Below are positions 61,916 to 64,000 of a stretch of DNA of 64,000 bases, piece by piece. The position numbers were made by a program, and so were the translations under genes. The DNA lies in contig CAWDXG010000004.1 of assembly GCA_963806225.1 (NCBI GenBank), forward strand, positions 1,376,001 through 1,440,000, read 5' to 3'. Each line of letters begins with the position of its first letter. The first letter of the stretch is position 1. The notes under the pieces are model-generated. The model ran no database searches and was not told where the DNA came from. It saw only the letters and a list, made by a program, of their open reading frames with translations. This stretch comes from an uncultured delta proteobacterium (GTDB lineage: Bacteria > Myxococcota_A > Polyangia > Polyangiales > Polyangiaceae).

Positions 61916-64000
61916 ATGGAGATCGAGATCCTCCGTGGCGAGCTCGAGCGACTGTTCGAGCTGGATGAGCTTCTGACGATGAGCCGCGACCTGCTCGGCT
62001 TCGACCCGGACGAGGTCGGAGGCTCCGCAGCGAAGGGGTCGTTCGTCAAGTCGCTCACCGAGCACTGCGTCGAGACCGAAGCGGTAGAAGCGCTGTGCGA
62101 CGCGATCCTGGCGTCCAAGGCCGAGGTCAACCCGAAGGTTTCGCAGATCCGGGTCAACGGCATCCCCTTCGACGAGGAGCTCGCGGCCGGCACCCGGCTC
62201 GGGGACTACGAGATCGTGCGCAAGCTCGGCGAAGGCCGGCTGGGCATGTCGTACCTCGCGCGGCTGGGCGGCGAGGACTACCGCCTCAAGGTCCTCAGGC
62301 GGGAGGCAACGCGCGACAAGCGGGGGCTGCACCGCTTCATGACCGTGGCCCGGCTCGTGGGCGCGATCGACCATTCCGGCCTGCCGCAGAAGCTGTTCGC
62401 CGGCGAGATCGACGACCGCTTCGCCGTCGCTCACGCCCATGTGGAAGGGCAGCCGCTGTCGACGCGCATCGCACGGACGGGGCCCATGCACATCAACGAG
62501 GCGCGCCCTCTGCTCAAGGGGATCCTCGAAGCCCTCGCGGCCATCCACAACCGGCGCCTTTCCCACGGGGATCTCAGGCTCGAGAACGTGCTCGTGTTCC
62601 GCGACGCCGACGGCACGCAGCATCTGGTGCTGCTCGACTCCGGGTCGGACCGGCTGCGCGCCCGCGCGCGCGTCGCGAACGGTCAGAGCGAGCTGTTCTC
62701 GACGGTGGGCTCGCCGAAAACCGTCGCGCCTGAGCAGATCCGGGGCTTCGCCTCCGACCCCCGCAGCGACGTCTACTCGTTCGGCGCCATGCTGTACGAG
62801 GTGCTCAGTGGCAAGCCGGTCTTTCCGGGCACCGCGACGGAAGCGGCCGTCGGGCACACCTCGCGCACGCCCGAGCCGCCGAGCAGCGTCGCGCCGCGGG
62901 GCTGGATCGCCAAAGAGCTCGACGAGTTCGTGCTGTCGCTGCTGGAGAAGGAGCCCGGACAGCGACCGAAGAGCGCCTCCGCACTCCTCGAGTCGCTCGA
63001 AACGCTGGGCCGCAGCACCAACGCCCAACGCGACGCGACGATCACCGACGAGGAGCTCGACTCGCGCATCGATGCCCTGGTCGCCGACGCCGCCGACGAC
63101 GAGGCCGCGGTCGCGCTCGAAGCAGCGGTCGAGGAAGGCGCGGATCCAGCGCGCGTCGCCGAGGCCTTCAGCATGGCCGCCAACGAGCTCGCAGCCGGCG
63201 ACGACAAGGAGGCGCGCGAAGCCAAGAAGAGCCTCCTGTTCCGCGCGGCACGCCTCTACGAACACTCGGTCAATGATCTGGATAAGGCGGAGCAGGTCTA
63301 CGCCTGGCTGCTCGAGCTCGACCCTGCCGACGACATCGCGGCCACCGCGCTGGAAGAAGTCAGAAAGCAGCTCGGCAAGTACGAGGAGCTGATCGAGATG
63401 CTCCTCAGCCGCAGCGAGCAGGCCGAGAGCCGCTCGGAGCGCGCGCGTTCGCTCGCCGAGATCGGCCGGGTCTACGTGCAGGAGCTGGAAGACAAGGAGC
63501 AGGCGCTCGTCGCCTACACGCAAGCATTCTGCGAAGACTCGCACCAGGAAAGCTACGGGGACGAGGTGGAGCGGCTGGCAGGCTCGAACCAGGATGCCTG
63601 GAACGAGGTGCTCGAGACCTGCAACGGCGCCGTGACGGACCAGGAAATGCCGCCCGAGAGCAAGAACGTGCTGCTCGCCCGGATGGGCACCTGGTACGCC
63701 GACCGCATCTCCAGGCCGGACCTGGCCCTGCCCTGCTACCAGGCCATCATCGCGACCGACCCGGCCAACGACGTTGCGCTCGAAGGCATGACGCGGATCT
63801 ACCGCAAGGCACAGCAGTGGCCGGAGCTCGGCATGGTGCTCACACGGCGCGCCGATGCCTCGGCCACGCCGGCCCGCGCCCGCGACCTGCGCGCCGAGGC
63901 CGCCGAGATCCTCGAACACCAGCTCGGCGACACTGGCGGAGCCCGCGACCTGTTCGAGCAGGTGTTGCGCGAGGATCCCGGCCACGAAAAGGCCAGCGAG
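61916..64000 (+). CDS. Large protein: helical N-domain + Ser/Thr kinase-like domain + TPR repeats (partial, runs off window end)
   Basis: Not in ORF track. Manual translation MEIEILRGELERLF...; LGEGRLG, HGDLRLEN, DSG, APEQ, SDVYSFG; then helical repeats. Confidence 0.85.
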   Translation, partial: MEIEILRGELERLFELDELLTMSRDLLGFDPDEVGGSAAKGSFVKSLTEHCVETEAVEALCDAILASKAEVNPKVSQIRVNGIPFDEELAAGTRLGDYEIVRKLGEGRLGMSYLARLGGEDYRLKVLRREATRDKRGLHRFMTVARLVGAIDHSGLPQKLFAGEIDDRFAVAHAHVEGQPLSTRIARTGPMHINEARPLLKGILEALAAIHNRRLSHGDLRLENVLVFRDADGTQHLVLLDSGSDRLRARARVANGQSELFSTVGSPKTVAPEQIRGFASDPRSDVYSFGAMLYEVLSGKPVFPGTATEAAVGHTSRTPEPPSSVAPRGWIAKELDEFVLSLLEKEPGQRPKSASALLESLETLGRSTNAQRDATITDEELDSRIDALVADAADDEAAVALEAAVEEGADPARVAEAFSMAANELAAGDDKEAREAKKSLLFRAARLYEHSVNDLDKAEQVYAWLLELDPADDIAATALEEVRKQLGKYEELIEMLLSRSEQAESRSERARSLAEIGRVYVQELEDKEQALVAYTQAFCEDSHQESYGDEVERLAGSNQDAWNEVLETCNGAVTDQEMPPESKNVLLARMGTWYADRISRPDLALPCYQAIIATDPANDVALEGMTRIYRKAQQWPELGMVLTRRADASATPARARDLRAEAAEILEHQLGDTGGARDLFEQVLREDPGHEKASE

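Overview
High-GC (visually about 70%) bacterial chromosomal window, most consistent with Myxococcota (Polyangiales-like), judged from MglC, FHA-sigma54 activator, FHA-CpaF, Cys-rich lipoproteins and giant TPR proteins. It is mostly housekeeping: purF, HMG-CoA lyase, yceD-rpmF-fabH-fabD//fabG-acpP-fabF-nrdR-ribD-def, bamA, gyrA-nth plus a second type IIA topoisomerase pair, mglC-aroQ-accB-accC-meaB, methylmalonyl-CoA epimerase/meaB/mutase and ftsB. I found no rRNA, tRNA or CRISPR array. The most notable non-routine signals are: (1) a 1.4-kb patch of mobile-element debris splitting fabD from fabG around a 28-bp XerC/D dif-like site; (2) a kaiC fragment joined by deletion to a truncated PAS hybrid kinase; (3) three probable pseudo-enzymes (aconitase without Fe-S/catalytic residues, FHA-CpaF with a dead Walker A, and a putative death-like domain-pseudokinase-TPR protein); (4) a dispersed post-stop-codon repeat; (5) a perfect hairpin resembling group II intron domain VI; (6) repeated TANNNT boxes 6-9 nt before start codons. 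Several single-base frameshifts in core genes look like assembly errors. All family assignments come from motif recognition by eye; no searches were run.
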